Assembly (NCBI GenBank): GCA_964356785.1
Contig: CAYHIS010000001.1
Span: forward strand, 208,998-272,997
Length of the DNA stretch: 64,000 nucleotides
From: an uncultured Rickettsiales bacterium
Lineage (GTDB): Bacteria; Pseudomonadota; Alphaproteobacteria; Rickettsiales; CANDYO01
Reading direction: 5' to 3'
Position numbers and translations under genes: made by a program. Under the pieces are notes generated by a model. It did no database searches. It was not told where the DNA came from and was given only the letters and a program-made list of their open reading frames with translations. Positions 37,908 to 48,597 of this stretch are shown here, piece after piece; position 1 is the stretch's first letter, and each line of letters starts with the position of its first letter.

Positions 37908-39340
37908 TACTTATCCAATATCGGAATATTTAAAAATACTATAATACCAGCACGGTAAATTTGCAACATTATAGATTTACGCTTCAGTTTTTTAGCATCA
38001 TCAATTGCTCTGGTAAAATCTTCTGTTTTATTTACAGGCTGTTGATTAACCGCATTGATGATATCTCCTCTTCTAATACCATGACGTGCAGCTACGCTCT
38101 TTTTTTCTATATTTGAAACCATCAAGCCATTTATATTAGATTTTATGCCATATTTCTGCTTGATGTCATCACTCATAGGAGAGAGATTCATACCATAAAT
38201 TGTAGTTTTAATGTTATTTGCTAAATCATTAGCTGCTGCTTTAGGCTCAATCTCACTAACTATAAGGCTAATTGTTTTTATTTTACCTTTACTTAAAATC
38301 TCAACATTTACTTTTTTGCCAATAGGAGTCTCAGCAACAATTCTAGGTAATCTTCTGTTTGCTGTAATTTCTTTGCCATCAAATTTTAGAATCACATCAC
38401 CCACTTGGATACCAGCTTTTTCAGCAGGACCTCCTTTTGTAACATTGCTAACTAAAGCGCCGGAATCATCAGATAGTCCTAAGCCTTCTGCCATATCTGC
38501 AGTAGATTGAATCATTACTCCAAGCCAGCCATGCTGAACTTTTCCATTAGTCATTAATTGGTGAATAATTGGCTTTGCTACAGATGATGGTACAGCAAAA
38601 CCTACTCCAACACTCCCTCCAGATGGAGACGCTATCATAACATTAACTCCTATTACTTCTCCATTTAGATTAAACATAGGGCCACCTGAATTCCCTTTGT
38701 TTATAGAAGCATCAGTTTGGATATAATTATCAATAATATTTGTCGAATGAGTGTTTAGAGCTCTGGCTTTTGCTGAAATTATTCCCGAAGTAACAGTGTT
38801 TCCTAAACCAAAAGGATTGCCTATAGTTAATATAATGTCACCCACTCTGCTTACATCTGAATCTCCAAACTTAACAAAAGGTAAAGCAGCTTTAGAAGTA
38901 ATCTTTATTAAAGCTAGATCTGTTCTGTTATCAGACCCAATAAGTTTTGCCTCAAGCTTTTTATCATTGCTTAGAATAACCATAATTTTTTCAGCATTTT
39001 CAACAACATGTTGGTTTGTTACTATATATCCTTCTGGAGATATAATAAACCCAGTCCCCGCTGCGTCAGGTTTATTACTTTCATTGCCATCTTCTTCTTC
39101 CATTCCTGGAATTTGTCCGAATCTCTCAAAGAATTTATATGATTCTTCTGACTGAAAACCCTCAGGCATATCCATTTTATCTCGAAAACTTGTAGGTTTT
39201 TGGACAATAGAAATATTTACTACAGCTGGTATAAGCTGCTCTACTATATCTGCATAACCATCTTTATTGGAGATATTTGCAAATGCATTATTAACGATGG
39301 TTAGCGCAACAAGAACAAAAACAGATATTTTTTTTAACAT
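37907..39340 (-). CDS. degP: periplasmic serine endoprotease DegP/HtrA (Do family)
   Basis: Signal peptide, catalytic TNQHVV, D.AL.K and GNSGGP motifs, two C-terminal PDZ domains. Confidence 0.93.
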   Translation of the reverse strand: MLKKISVFVLVALTIVNNAFANISNKDGYADIVEQLIPAVVNISIVQKPTSFRDKMDMPEGFQSEESYKFFERFGQIPGMEEEDGNESNKPDAAGTGFIISPEGYIVTNQHVVENAEKIMVILSNDKKLEAKLIGSDNRTDLALIKITSKAALPFVKFGDSDVSRVGDIILTIGNPFGLGNTVTSGIISAKARALNTHSTNIIDNYIQTDASINKGNSGGPMFNLNGEVIGVNVMIASPSGGSVGVGFAVPSSVAKPIIHQLMTNGKVQHGWLGVMIQSTADMAEGLGLSDDSGALVSNVTKGGPAEKAGIQVGDVILKFDGKEITANRRLPRIVAETPIGKKVNVEILSKGKIKTISLIVSEIEPKAAANDLANNIKTTIYGMNLSPMSDDIKQKYGIKSNINGLMVSNIEKKSVAARHGIRRGDIINAVNQQPVNKTEDFTRAIDDAKKLKRKSIMLQIYRAGIIVFLNIPILDK

Positions 39341-39343
39341 ATT

Positions 39344-40201
39344 TTAATTACCCTCTAAATATTTAAATAACTTACTATTGGGTGATAATACCAACCTTGT
39401 ATCATTTTTATTTATAGTCTTTTTATATAATTGCATTGTTTTATAAAATTCAAAAAATTCAGGGTCTTTTGAGTATGTTTCAGCAGAAATCTTAGAGGCC
39501 TCAGCGTCGCCTTTGCCTCGAGTAATGTTAGCTATATTTTGAGCTTCTGCTATGGTTATTCTTTGATCTTTCTCAGCGTTAGATTTAATTCTTTGCGCTT
39601 CTTCTGCTCCCTCAGCTCTAAATTCTCTGGCTTGCTTTTCGTAATAAGCTTGTAGCCTTTCGTTAATCGCTTGACTATTGGTTTTAGGAAGATCGGCTCT
39701 TAAAATCCGAACATCAACTATTTTAATACCGAATCTTTGCGCTTCTTTAGAAAAATCATTATATATGTCTTTCATTATCTGAGTACGTTCTTCAGATAAT
39801 AAAGCGAGCAAAGGATACATACCAACAACCTGACGCATTGATGATTCTAAAATTGCATTTAATTTTGATCTTGCGCCGTATTCATTCTGAACTGCTTTAT
39901 AAAATTCTAAAGGATCGTCAATTTTATATTTGGCAAAAGCACTAACTATCAATCGTTTTTGGTCTGAAGCTACTACTTCTTTTTCTTCAGCAATAAAATT
40001 CAATAGTCTGAGATCAAAAAAATCTACTGACTGAATAAATGGAATCTTAAAAGAAAGCCCAGGTTCTTTAACAACTTTAACAACTTCTCCAAATTGGAAA
40101 ACCAACGCTTGTTGACGTTGCTGGACAATAAAAAACGAATTTGCTATAAGAAAAAGGCCTAAAACAAAAGCTATTATTATAATTGCAAAATTATGTCTCA
40201 T
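39344..40201 (-). CDS. hflC: protease modulator HflC
   Basis: 285 aa. N-terminal TM plus SPFH/band-7 domain, downstream of hflK. Confidence 0.9.
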   Translation of the reverse strand: MRHNFAIIIIAFVLGLFLIANSFFIVQQRQQALVFQFGEVVKVVKEPGLSFKIPFIQSVDFFDLRLLNFIAEEKEVVASDQKRLIVSAFAKYKIDDPLEFYKAVQNEYGARSKLNAILESSMRQVVGMYPLLALLSEERTQIMKDIYNDFSKEAQRFGIKIVDVRILRADLPKTNSQAINERLQAYYEKQAREFRAEGAEEAQRIKSNAEKDQRITIAEAQNIANITRGKGDAEASKISAETYSKDPEFFEFYKTMQLYKKTINKNDTRLVLSPNSKLFKYLEGN

Positions 40202-40202
40202 G

Positions 40203-41330
40203 TTATTTCTCCTTACCTAATTGATTTAGTGGAAGATAAGGTACAACCCCACTATCTTTCTTACTATCAATAATAATTTTATCCATGCCTTGCAGGATAG
40301 CTTCCATTGTTTCTAAATAAATTCTTTTCTTGGTAATATCTTTGGCAATTTTATACTCACTATATACAAGATCAAATCTTCCTGCATCCCCCTTTGCTTT
40401 TTCTACCACCTCTCTTTTATAAGCTTCACTTTCAGAGGTAATTTGAGCTGCGTCACCTCGAGCTTTTGGTATTATTTCATTGTGAAAAGCTAAAGCTCTA
40501 TTTATCTCTCTTTCTTTATCCGTTCTTGCTGTTTGAACATCACGGAATGCATCAATAACTTCCGCAGGTGGGTCCGCTCTAAGCAATTTCAAAGTGGTAA
40601 TTTCTACTCCTGAATTATAAGAGTCTAAAATTCTTTGAAGCAAGGTTTTTGCCTCCATCTCAATGCTAGATCTTCCTTCGGCTATTGCATTATCGATTGT
40701 AGTATTGCTAACCACTTCTCTCATCGCACTCTCAGCTACGCTTCTAACAGTTTCACGAGTATTATAAATATTAAAAACGAAATCTTTTAAATTTGAAATT
40801 TTCCATTGAACAATGAAATTTATATCAACAATGTTTTCATCGCCAGTTAGCATTAAGCTTTCTTGCATCACATTATTGGAAGGATTAAAATCTGCACTAC
40901 TTAAATCTTTTTTTGCACTTCTGAATCCTATTTCTTCTTTACGTAAAGTTGCAACTTTTTCTTTTATAATACTTTCAATAGGTGAGGGTAAATGGTAATT
41001 AAGACCTGTATTAGCAGTGCGCTCATATTTACCAAACCTAATGACTAAAGCTTGCTCTCCTTCGTCTACTACATAAAACCCCGTAGACAGCCAAAGCAAT
41101 AAGAGCGCAGTTCCTATTATTCCAAAAAACTTCTTATTTATTCCTGGCTCATCGTTTTTTTTAAACTTTTTATATGCATCATTAAATGAATTATGACTAC
41201 GTTTAAATATTTCATCTAAATGCATATGGCTACCAGCTTCTTTTGAATTTTTCTGAGAATCATCATCCCAAGGTGACTTGTCACGATTATTTTCATTGCC
41301 CCATTTCATAAGATTACCTATATTATACAA
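40203..41330 (-). CDS. hflK: protease modulator HflK
   Basis: 375 aa. SPW-containing N-terminus, TM segment, SPFH domain. The internal Met at MKWGNEN is an alternative start. Confidence 0.9.
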   Translation of the reverse strand: MYNIGNLMKWGNENNRDKSPWDDDSQKNSKEAGSHMHLDEIFKRSHNSFNDAYKKFKKNDEPGINKKFFGIIGTALLLLWLSTGFYVVDEGEQALVIRFGKYERTANTGLNYHLPSPIESIIKEKVATLRKEEIGFRSAKKDLSSADFNPSNNVMQESLMLTGDENIVDINFIVQWKISNLKDFVFNIYNTRETVRSVAESAMREVVSNTTIDNAIAEGRSSIEMEAKTLLQRILDSYNSGVEITTLKLLRADPPAEVIDAFRDVQTARTDKEREINRALAFHNEIIPKARGDAAQITSESEAYKREVVEKAKGDAGRFDLVYSEYKIAKDITKKRIYLETMEAILQGMDKIIIDSKKDSGVVPYLPLNQLGKEK

Positions 41331-41374
41331 ATTAATAACAATATATATAGTACATTAAAATTAAGTTTGCAATA

Positions 41375-42364
41375 ATGACTAAAGAAACTCTTGAGCTAAA
41401 AGAAATAAAAAAATATCTAGAATCAATGGATATTGGTAATTTGCTTTCCAATATTATCTTGGAAGATAAGATACTTAATATAATTATTGATCAGCCCAAC
41501 GGAGTAAATATTGATCAGGAAAAAATCACTAAAGAAATAAAGCATATTGTTTCTAAGAATTACAAAGAAATAAAAGATACTCGCGTTATTTTTAGTGGTG
41601 ATAAAGAGATTAAACCAATTAGCAATAAGAGAAAAATACCTAATGTTAAAAAAATCATTTTGTTTGCAGCCGCAAAAGGTGGTGTTGGAAAGTCAACTAC
41701 AGCAGCTAATGCAGCAATTGCTCTTGCAAAATTAGGATATAAAATAGGCTTAGTTGACGCCGATATATATGGACCAACTATACCAAGGCTATTAGGAATT
41801 CAACAGAAGCCAGATATTTCTGATGGTAAAATGTTACCAATAAAGAAACATGGGATTTATTCCATATCTATTGGATATATAGTAGATGAAGCTCAGGCGG
41901 CAATTTGGCGCGGTCCTATGATAAGCAAAACATTATATCAATTACTTATAGGAGTAAACTGGCCTGAGCTTGACTATCTAATTATCGATATGCCTCCAGG
42001 AACTGGAGATATATATTTAAGTTTAGCTGAAAATTTTATTATAGATGGAGCAATTTTAGTTACTACTCCTCAAAATATTGCTTCTAGTATGTTAAAAAAA
42101 TCAATAAGTTTCTTCAATAAAACTAATATCAAGATATTAGGTGTAATAGAAAATATGAGCTATTTCGTGGATGAGCAGGGGCAAAAACATTTTATTTTTG
42201 GCAAAAGCAATGCCGAAGATATAACAAAAAAATTAGAAATAAAATTACTAGAAACGATTCCTCTTATGCAAAAGATAAGTAGTTTTAGCGATCAGGGATT
42301 AAGTCTTGTGAATGAAAAAGAATTTTATATTTACGAAAATATTGCTAAGATTATTCTTCAATAA
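41375..42364 (+). CDS. apbC: Mrp/ApbC-type Fe-S cluster carrier ATPase
   Basis: Deviant Walker A AAKGGVGKST, DADIYGPT and DMPPGTGD motifs. Confidence 0.9.
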   Translation: MTKETLELKEIKKYLESMDIGNLLSNIILEDKILNIIIDQPNGVNIDQEKITKEIKHIVSKNYKEIKDTRVIFSGDKEIKPISNKRKIPNVKKIILFAAAKGGVGKSTTAANAAIALAKLGYKIGLVDADIYGPTIPRLLGIQQKPDISDGKMLPIKKHGIYSISIGYIVDEAQAAIWRGPMISKTLYQLLIGVNWPELDYLIIDMPPGTGDIYLSLAENFIIDGAILVTTPQNIASSMLKKSISFFNKTNIKILGVIENMSYFVDEQGQKHFIFGKSNAEDITKKLEIKLLETIPLMQKISSFSDQGLSLVNEKEFYIYENIAKIILQ

Positions 42365-43520
42365 CTTTATATTTTCTAAATAACATAAAACAAGCTGCAA
42401 TACTTATGGCTAAAGTAATACATATTGTTGTGCCAATTACAAGGAAGCTACCATCATAAAAATAGCTTGCTATCCCAATTGATATAGCTGAAAGTATTAA
42501 TCGTCCTGATGCAAGTAACGCTCCTATTCTTCCCTTAGCATTCTCTACTGATTCTATTGCTAAAGGCCATAAAATGTTAATTGGATAAACCATGCCTACA
42601 GCCTGAAATAACATTGCTAGAGTTATGAGTAATGGGTCTTTTACATTAAATACAACTAATAAGAAAATTAGAGAGAAGAAAATCAAAACTATAAAACTTG
42701 CTGTTAGGAAGCAGTTATATATGCCATAACGTTTTAAGAAGTGGTTGCTGCTTAAGCTTCCCAAAGAAAATGTTGCAGCAATGGCTCCTTGATATAATCC
42801 AAACTCTTCTAAACTAACTCCTAAATCTTTCATGTAAAGAATTGGCGACATTCCGATGAATACCCAGTATGACTGCATTGCAAAGCATAGTAAAATTAAG
42901 TAAAGAACCGCTTTTTCAGATTTAAATACAGGAATATATTCTTTTAAGGAAATGCTTATATGACCTTGATATTGTGAAGATTGGCTTTTAGGTACATATA
43001 AAAATATAAGAATTAGAGAGACAATACCCATTATGAGTAATACCACAAAATTTCCGCGCCAGTTAAAGAATAAATTTACATAACTACCTACAACCGGAGC
43101 AAAGGCCATTGCAATTGTTACAGATGCATTAACCATCCCCATTAAATGCTGCATTCTATTTGTTGAATAAAAATCAGAGACTAACGCGCAAGTTAGAACG
43201 GAAGGTCCAGAAATTCCAATGCCTTGTAGAATTCTTCCTAAAATTAGAACAGTAAAGCTATTTGCAAAAACACATGCTACACTACCAATTATAAAAATAA
43301 TCACTCCACCAATAATAACTGGTCTACGGCCAAATTTATCACCTAAAGTTCCAGCAAAAAAAGCTGATATGCAATGAGCTATAAGATTAACCGTTAAAGT
43401 AAGTCCAACCATAAAAGAAGATAGATCAAAGATTTTTTGCAACTCAGGAAAACTAGGTACAAATAAATCAACTTCTGCGCCAGTTAAGATCATTAGAAAA
43501 ATGGTTGTAAATAAAAACAT
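42351..43520 (-). CDS. MFS transporter (Bcr/CflA-like)
   Basis: 389 aa, about 12 hydrophobic segments, MFS loop motif GTLGDKFGRRPV. Confidence 0.8.
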   Translation of the reverse strand: MFLFTTIFLMILTGAEVDLFVPSFPELQKIFDLSSFMVGLTLTVNLIAHCISAFFAGTLGDKFGRRPVIIGGVIIFIIGSVACVFANSFTVLILGRILQGIGISGPSVLTCALVSDFYSTNRMQHLMGMVNASVTIAMAFAPVVGSYVNLFFNWRGNFVVLLIMGIVSLILIFLYVPKSQSSQYQGHISISLKEYIPVFKSEKAVLYLILLCFAMQSYWVFIGMSPILYMKDLGVSLEEFGLYQGAIAATFSLGSLSSNHFLKRYGIYNCFLTASFIVLIFFSLIFLLVVFNVKDPLLITLAMLFQAVGMVYPINILWPLAIESVENAKGRIGALLASGRLILSAISIGIASYFYDGSFLVIGTTICITLAISIAACFMLFRKYKVIEE

Positions 43521-43651
43521 GTTTTTAGGTTAAGTATGCCAATACCTGTAAATATAATCATATTCTAAATAAAAAACCATCTATCTTATTTGCAAATATA
43601 AAAAAAACTAATATCTTACTTATTAGTGTAAATTATAACTATTTAAATATC

Positions 43652-45022
43652 ATGATATGGAGCGCTAAAGAAGCTGCAATAGCTACAGATGGTAAAATTT
43701 TTTCTAACTGGAGAGGTGGAAAAATTGTATTTGATAGTCGTCTGATTGAAAAAGATGATATTTTTATTGCTCTGCCTGGAGCAAAAATTGATAGTCATGA
43801 ATTTGTTGCAGATGCATTAAGACAAGGCGCTGCAGCTGCCATTGTTTCAAAAATTCCTGATAATCTTGAAAATAAAGACAAGCTTTTATTAGTAAATAAT
43901 TGTTTGCAAGCTTTAAACTCTATGGCTTTATATAAAAGAAATAGGTCTCAAGCTAAATTCATTGCTGTTACTGGAAGTGTTGGTAAGACTAGCACTAAAG
44001 AGCAGTTGAAATTAGCTTTTGAAGCGCATGGTAAAACATTTGTAAGCAGAGGTAATTATAATAATTTCTTAGGCGTTCCAATAAATTTGGCCTCGATGCC
44101 AGATGATACGGAATTTGCTATTTTTGAAATAGGCATGGATCATGCTGGGGAAATAGAGCCTTTAAGCAAAATGGTTAAACCCTATGTAGCAATTATTACT
44201 GCGATAGATAACATCCATATAGCTAATTTTAACTCGTTAGAAGCCTTAGCTAAAGCCAAAGCTGAAATTTTTTCTGGTTTAGACAAACAAGGGATAGTAA
44301 TAATAAACTCTCTCAGCAATTGCTATGATTTTTTATGTAATAGTGCTAGTAAATATAAGAAATTACTGAGAGCAGGAATAGATAGTGAAGTTTTAAGCTA
44401 TGAAGTAAAAAATAATCAAACTTTTGTTAATTTGAGAATATTAGATAGGAAAATTCCTTTAAGTTTTAAATTCATTATCGGACAGCATCAAGTGCAAAAT
44501 ATGTTAATAACTCTTTCTTGCGTTGAAAGTTTAGGATTGGATTTATATAAATCAGCTAAAGCATTGGAGGCATTTGAGTTGCCAAGAGGAAGAGGGTTAG
44601 TTTTAGAAATAAAGATTGCAGGAAAGAAAATTACCTTAATTGATGAAAGCTATAATGCAGGCCCCGTTTCGATGAAGGCCGCTTTGAGAAATATGGCTAA
44701 TTATAATGGTAGAAAACTGGCTATACTTGGTGGCATGGTGGACTTGGGAGAGAAAAGCAGAGAGTTACATATAGCTTTAAAAGATGATGTAGCTTTAATA
44801 GATAAAGTAATTTGCTATGGAGCTCAGATGGAAGATTTATTTAATGAATTGCCTGAAGAAAAACGCTTAGGCATTTATTATGATCATAAAAGCTTGGCTA
44901 AAGGAGTATCAGATAAGCTTCTTGAAAATGATATTTTACTTATAAAAGGGTCATTCTATCTTACAAGACTTTTTGAATTCACTAGATATCTTATAGAAGA
45001 TAAACTTGAAGAAATAAAATAA
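43652..45022 (+). CDS. murF: UDP-N-acetylmuramoyl-tripeptide--D-alanyl-D-alanine ligase
   Basis: DSR..........ALPG, GSVGKTSTKE P-loop and Mur ligase middle and C-terminal domains. Confidence 0.92.
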   Translation: MIWSAKEAAIATDGKIFSNWRGGKIVFDSRLIEKDDIFIALPGAKIDSHEFVADALRQGAAAAIVSKIPDNLENKDKLLLVNNCLQALNSMALYKRNRSQAKFIAVTGSVGKTSTKEQLKLAFEAHGKTFVSRGNYNNFLGVPINLASMPDDTEFAIFEIGMDHAGEIEPLSKMVKPYVAIITAIDNIHIANFNSLEALAKAKAEIFSGLDKQGIVIINSLSNCYDFLCNSASKYKKLLRAGIDSEVLSYEVKNNQTFVNLRILDRKIPLSFKFIIGQHQVQNMLITLSCVESLGLDLYKSAKALEAFELPRGRGLVLEIKIAGKKITLIDESYNAGPVSMKAALRNMANYNGRKLAILGGMVDLGEKSRELHIALKDDVALIDKVICYGAQMEDLFNELPEEKRLGIYYDHKSLAKGVSDKLLENDILLIKGSFYLTRLFEFTRYLIEDKLEEIK

Positions 45023-45032
45023 GGGACTATTT

Positions 45033-46121
45033 ATGTTTTATCATATTTTTTATCAATTTGCTGAGCATTTCCAAATTTTTAATTTGTTACGCTATATAAC
45101 TTTTAGAAGCGCGGGTGCGATTTTAACATCTCTTTTGATAACTTTTTTACTTATGCCGCAACTCATTAAATTCTTAAGAAAGAAATTTAATAAAGGACAG
45201 CCTATTAGAAATGATGGCCCAGAGCAGCATTTATCAAAGCAAGGTACACCTACTATGGGTGGAATAGTTATTATTTTTTCTGTGGTGACCACATGTCTTT
45301 TATGGGGAAATTTAAAAAATAGCTACTTATGGGTGGCAATATTTGTAACCCTTGCATGTGCTGGGTTAGGATTTATAGATGATTATCTAAAAGTTTCAAA
45401 ATATAATACCAAAGGCGTTCCAGGAAAGGTTAAATTAGTCTGTCAGTTTTTAATTGCTATAATTGCTGGATTATGGATTCAAGATATCGCGCCAATCGAA
45501 TATAGTTCTCATATTGCGATACCTTTTGTCAAAAATTTCATGCTTAATTTAAGCTATTTATATATCCCTTTTGTGATCATAGTGTTAACAGGCTCTTCAA
45601 ATGCTGTAAATCTAACAGATGGTCTAGACGGATTGGCCATTATGCCAATAGTCATCGCAGCTAGCTGCTTTGCCCTTATAGCTTATATTGCAGGAAGCTC
45701 AAAATTTGCAGCTTATTTACAGATTCAATATGTAGAAAATAGTGCAGAACTCGCTGTATTTTGTTGCGCTCTAATTGGATCTGGTCTTGGATTTTTGTGG
45801 TATAATGCGCAGCCAGCTGAAATAATGATGGGAGATGTTGGGAGCCTTGCTTGTGGCGGCGCCATTGGAATTGTTAGCGTAATTGTTAAACATGAAATCA
45901 CTCTTGCTATCATTGGTGGATTATTTGTAATTGAAGCAATATCCGTAATAATTCAGGTTTATTATTATCGTTTTACAGGCGGGAAAAGATTCTTTAAGAT
46001 GGCCCCAATTCACCATCACTTTGAAAAGTCTGGATGGAGTGAATCAAAGATAGTAGCTAGATTTTGGATTATAGCAGTTATATTCGCAATAATTGGTTTA
46101 GCAACCCTTAAAATTAGATAA
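45033..46121 (+). CDS. mraY: phospho-N-acetylmuramoyl-pentapeptide transferase
   Basis: 362 aa, polytopic. GTPTMGG, NAVNLTDGLDGLA and PIHHHFE motifs. Confidence 0.95.
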   Translation: MFYHIFYQFAEHFQIFNLLRYITFRSAGAILTSLLITFLLMPQLIKFLRKKFNKGQPIRNDGPEQHLSKQGTPTMGGIVIIFSVVTTCLLWGNLKNSYLWVAIFVTLACAGLGFIDDYLKVSKYNTKGVPGKVKLVCQFLIAIIAGLWIQDIAPIEYSSHIAIPFVKNFMLNLSYLYIPFVIIVLTGSSNAVNLTDGLDGLAIMPIVIAASCFALIAYIAGSSKFAAYLQIQYVENSAELAVFCCALIGSGLGFLWYNAQPAEIMMGDVGSLACGGAIGIVSVIVKHEITLAIIGGLFVIEAISVIIQVYYYRFTGGKRFFKMAPIHHHFEKSGWSESKIVARFWIIAVIFAIIGLATLKIR

Positions 46122-46154
46122 ATATAGCTTGAAGCAAGATATAGAATCAGCTAA

Positions 46155-47231
<1,077 letters not shown>

Positions 47232-47263
47232 TCATAGAAAAATAAAATCTTATAGAAAACAAA

Positions 47264-47299
47264 ATAGGACCCTCTTAAGAGTTGAGTCCTATTTTTTTT
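47264..47299 (+). terminator. rho-independent terminator after mreB
   Basis: Stem ATAGGAC (47264-47270) pairs with GTCCTAT (47286-47292) and runs directly into an 8-T tract. Confidence 0.6.
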
Positions 47300-47302
47300 A
47301 TT

Positions 47303-47427
47303 ATACCAAAACCCATTTTTAGTGATGCAAATGAATTTTACGAATCTCGGCTGTGCTCACGTAGTAATCTACGCTGCGCATCCTCGTTCTTAAATCCACG
47401 TGCCTGATTAAAAATGGGAAATGGTAT
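47303..47427 (+). mobile_element. MITE-like palindromic element, family B, copy 1 (125 bp)
   Basis: ATACCAAAACCCATTTTTA...TAAAAATGGGAAATGGTAT. Recurs at 60091-60192. This copy has an extra 23-nt apical segment (CTCACGTAGTAATCTACGCTGCG). Confidence 0.8.
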
Positions 47428-47587
47428 TACTCCCTCCTGAAACTCGCTTATACATCGCTCTCTTTAAGAATATTAAAATAAATTAACTTTTCTTAAACTT
47501 TTTTCTTGAATAGTATTTCGTTATAGTTTACATATTATGATTATTGAAATTATTAATAATGATTAACGATTTAGAAGGAAAAGAATT

Positions 47588-48370
47588 ATGAAATCAAGCT
47601 ATGGCAGAGAAATAAAGCAAAATAAAAGATATCTAAAAGAAGATGAAGAACCAAAATTAGTGAAAAGAGTTAAAATTCAAAAAGAAGAAGTTTCTGAAGA
47701 ACTTGTAAATGAACATTCTAATAGCTTTGATTCTACAACTGATGAAAGCAGCTTAACTAGTAGTTCAAGTAATAACTCTAATAATAATGAGCAATCATAT
47801 GATTTTCCTGAAGAAGATTATGAAGATGATTTTGATTTCTTAAGTGAAGAAGATAATAATAATTCAAGTAATAATTCTAACGATTATCCTGCTCATTTAA
47901 CTTTTACACCAATAAAGAAATTCGGTATAAATGAAGATTTATTAAAAACCCACCAAGATTATTATAATTTAAATAATAATAATAACGAACAATATTACAA
48001 CACATGGGATAGAATGGTGTTTGAAGATGAAGATTCCACTTCGTCCTCATCTTCAAGTAGCAGTTCTCAATCTTCAAATGATGCAGTTGGTGAATTAACT
48101 GATAATCAAGTCTCTGCATTAACAGAATATGCAAATAATCAATTAAATATTGTACCTAACTCTGTTTTCACTTTGTCAAGCGCTTCAAGAATGAATGACT
48201 TACTAATATTAGACTCTGGAGCGGTTCAGAGCTTCATAAATGAAGCTTTAGATTTAGTAAATCAATTGGAGGAAATAGTAGGTGCTGTAGCAAATAGTGA
48301 AGAAGTTAACCAATATATAAGCGCTCTAGCAGGCCAGGTAAATTCCATATTAGATTATATTGAGCTTTAA
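47588..48370 (+). CDS. hypothetical acidic Ser/Asn-rich protein
   Basis: 260 aa. Low-complexity D/E/S/N runs (SSSSSSSSQSS, NNNNN) followed by a roughly 90-aa non-repetitive helical-looking C-terminus. Bracketed by palindromic elements. No family recognised. Confidence 0.55.
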   Translation: MKSSYGREIKQNKRYLKEDEEPKLVKRVKIQKEEVSEELVNEHSNSFDSTTDESSLTSSSSNNSNNNEQSYDFPEEDYEDDFDFLSEEDNNNSSNNSNDYPAHLTFTPIKKFGINEDLLKTHQDYYNLNNNNNEQYYNTWDRMVFEDEDSTSSSSSSSSSQSSNDAVGELTDNQVSALTEYANNQLNIVPNSVFTLSSASRMNDLLILDSGAVQSFINEALDLVNQLEEIVGAVANSEEVNQYISALAGQVNSILDYIEL

Positions 48371-48383
48371 TTGCTTGTTGGTT

Positions 48384-48431
48384 ATACCAAGTTCCGTCCC
48401 TAAATGTATAGTTAGTAACGGGATTTGGTAT
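48384..48431. repeat. short palindromic element, family C (48 bp)
   Basis: ATACCAAGTTCCGTCCC...CGGGATTTGGTAT, with imperfect 13-bp inverted termini. Abuts family A copy 2 with 1 nt between them. Confidence 0.6.
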
Positions 48432-48432
48432 T

Positions 48433-48594
48433 ATACCAATCCCAGCCTATAATTGAACATTTATTAATTCGATTTTTGGCATTCTACAAAAATAAAAAAG
48501 CATTAAATATAACCAATATTTGCAGCTTTTTATATTTCCGTATAATATTCAAATCTCAAATTCTAAATGCTCAATTATAGGCTGGAATTGGTAT
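48433..48594 (-). mobile_element. MITE-like element, family A, copy 2 (162 bp, inverted relative to copy 1)
   Basis: Aligns end to end with the reverse complement of 22649-22811 (well over 80 percent identity by eye). Terminal repeats are ATACCAATCCCAGCCTATAATTGAAC and GCTCAATTATAGGCTGGAATTGGTAT. Confidence 0.85.
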
Positions 48595-48597
48595 TAT

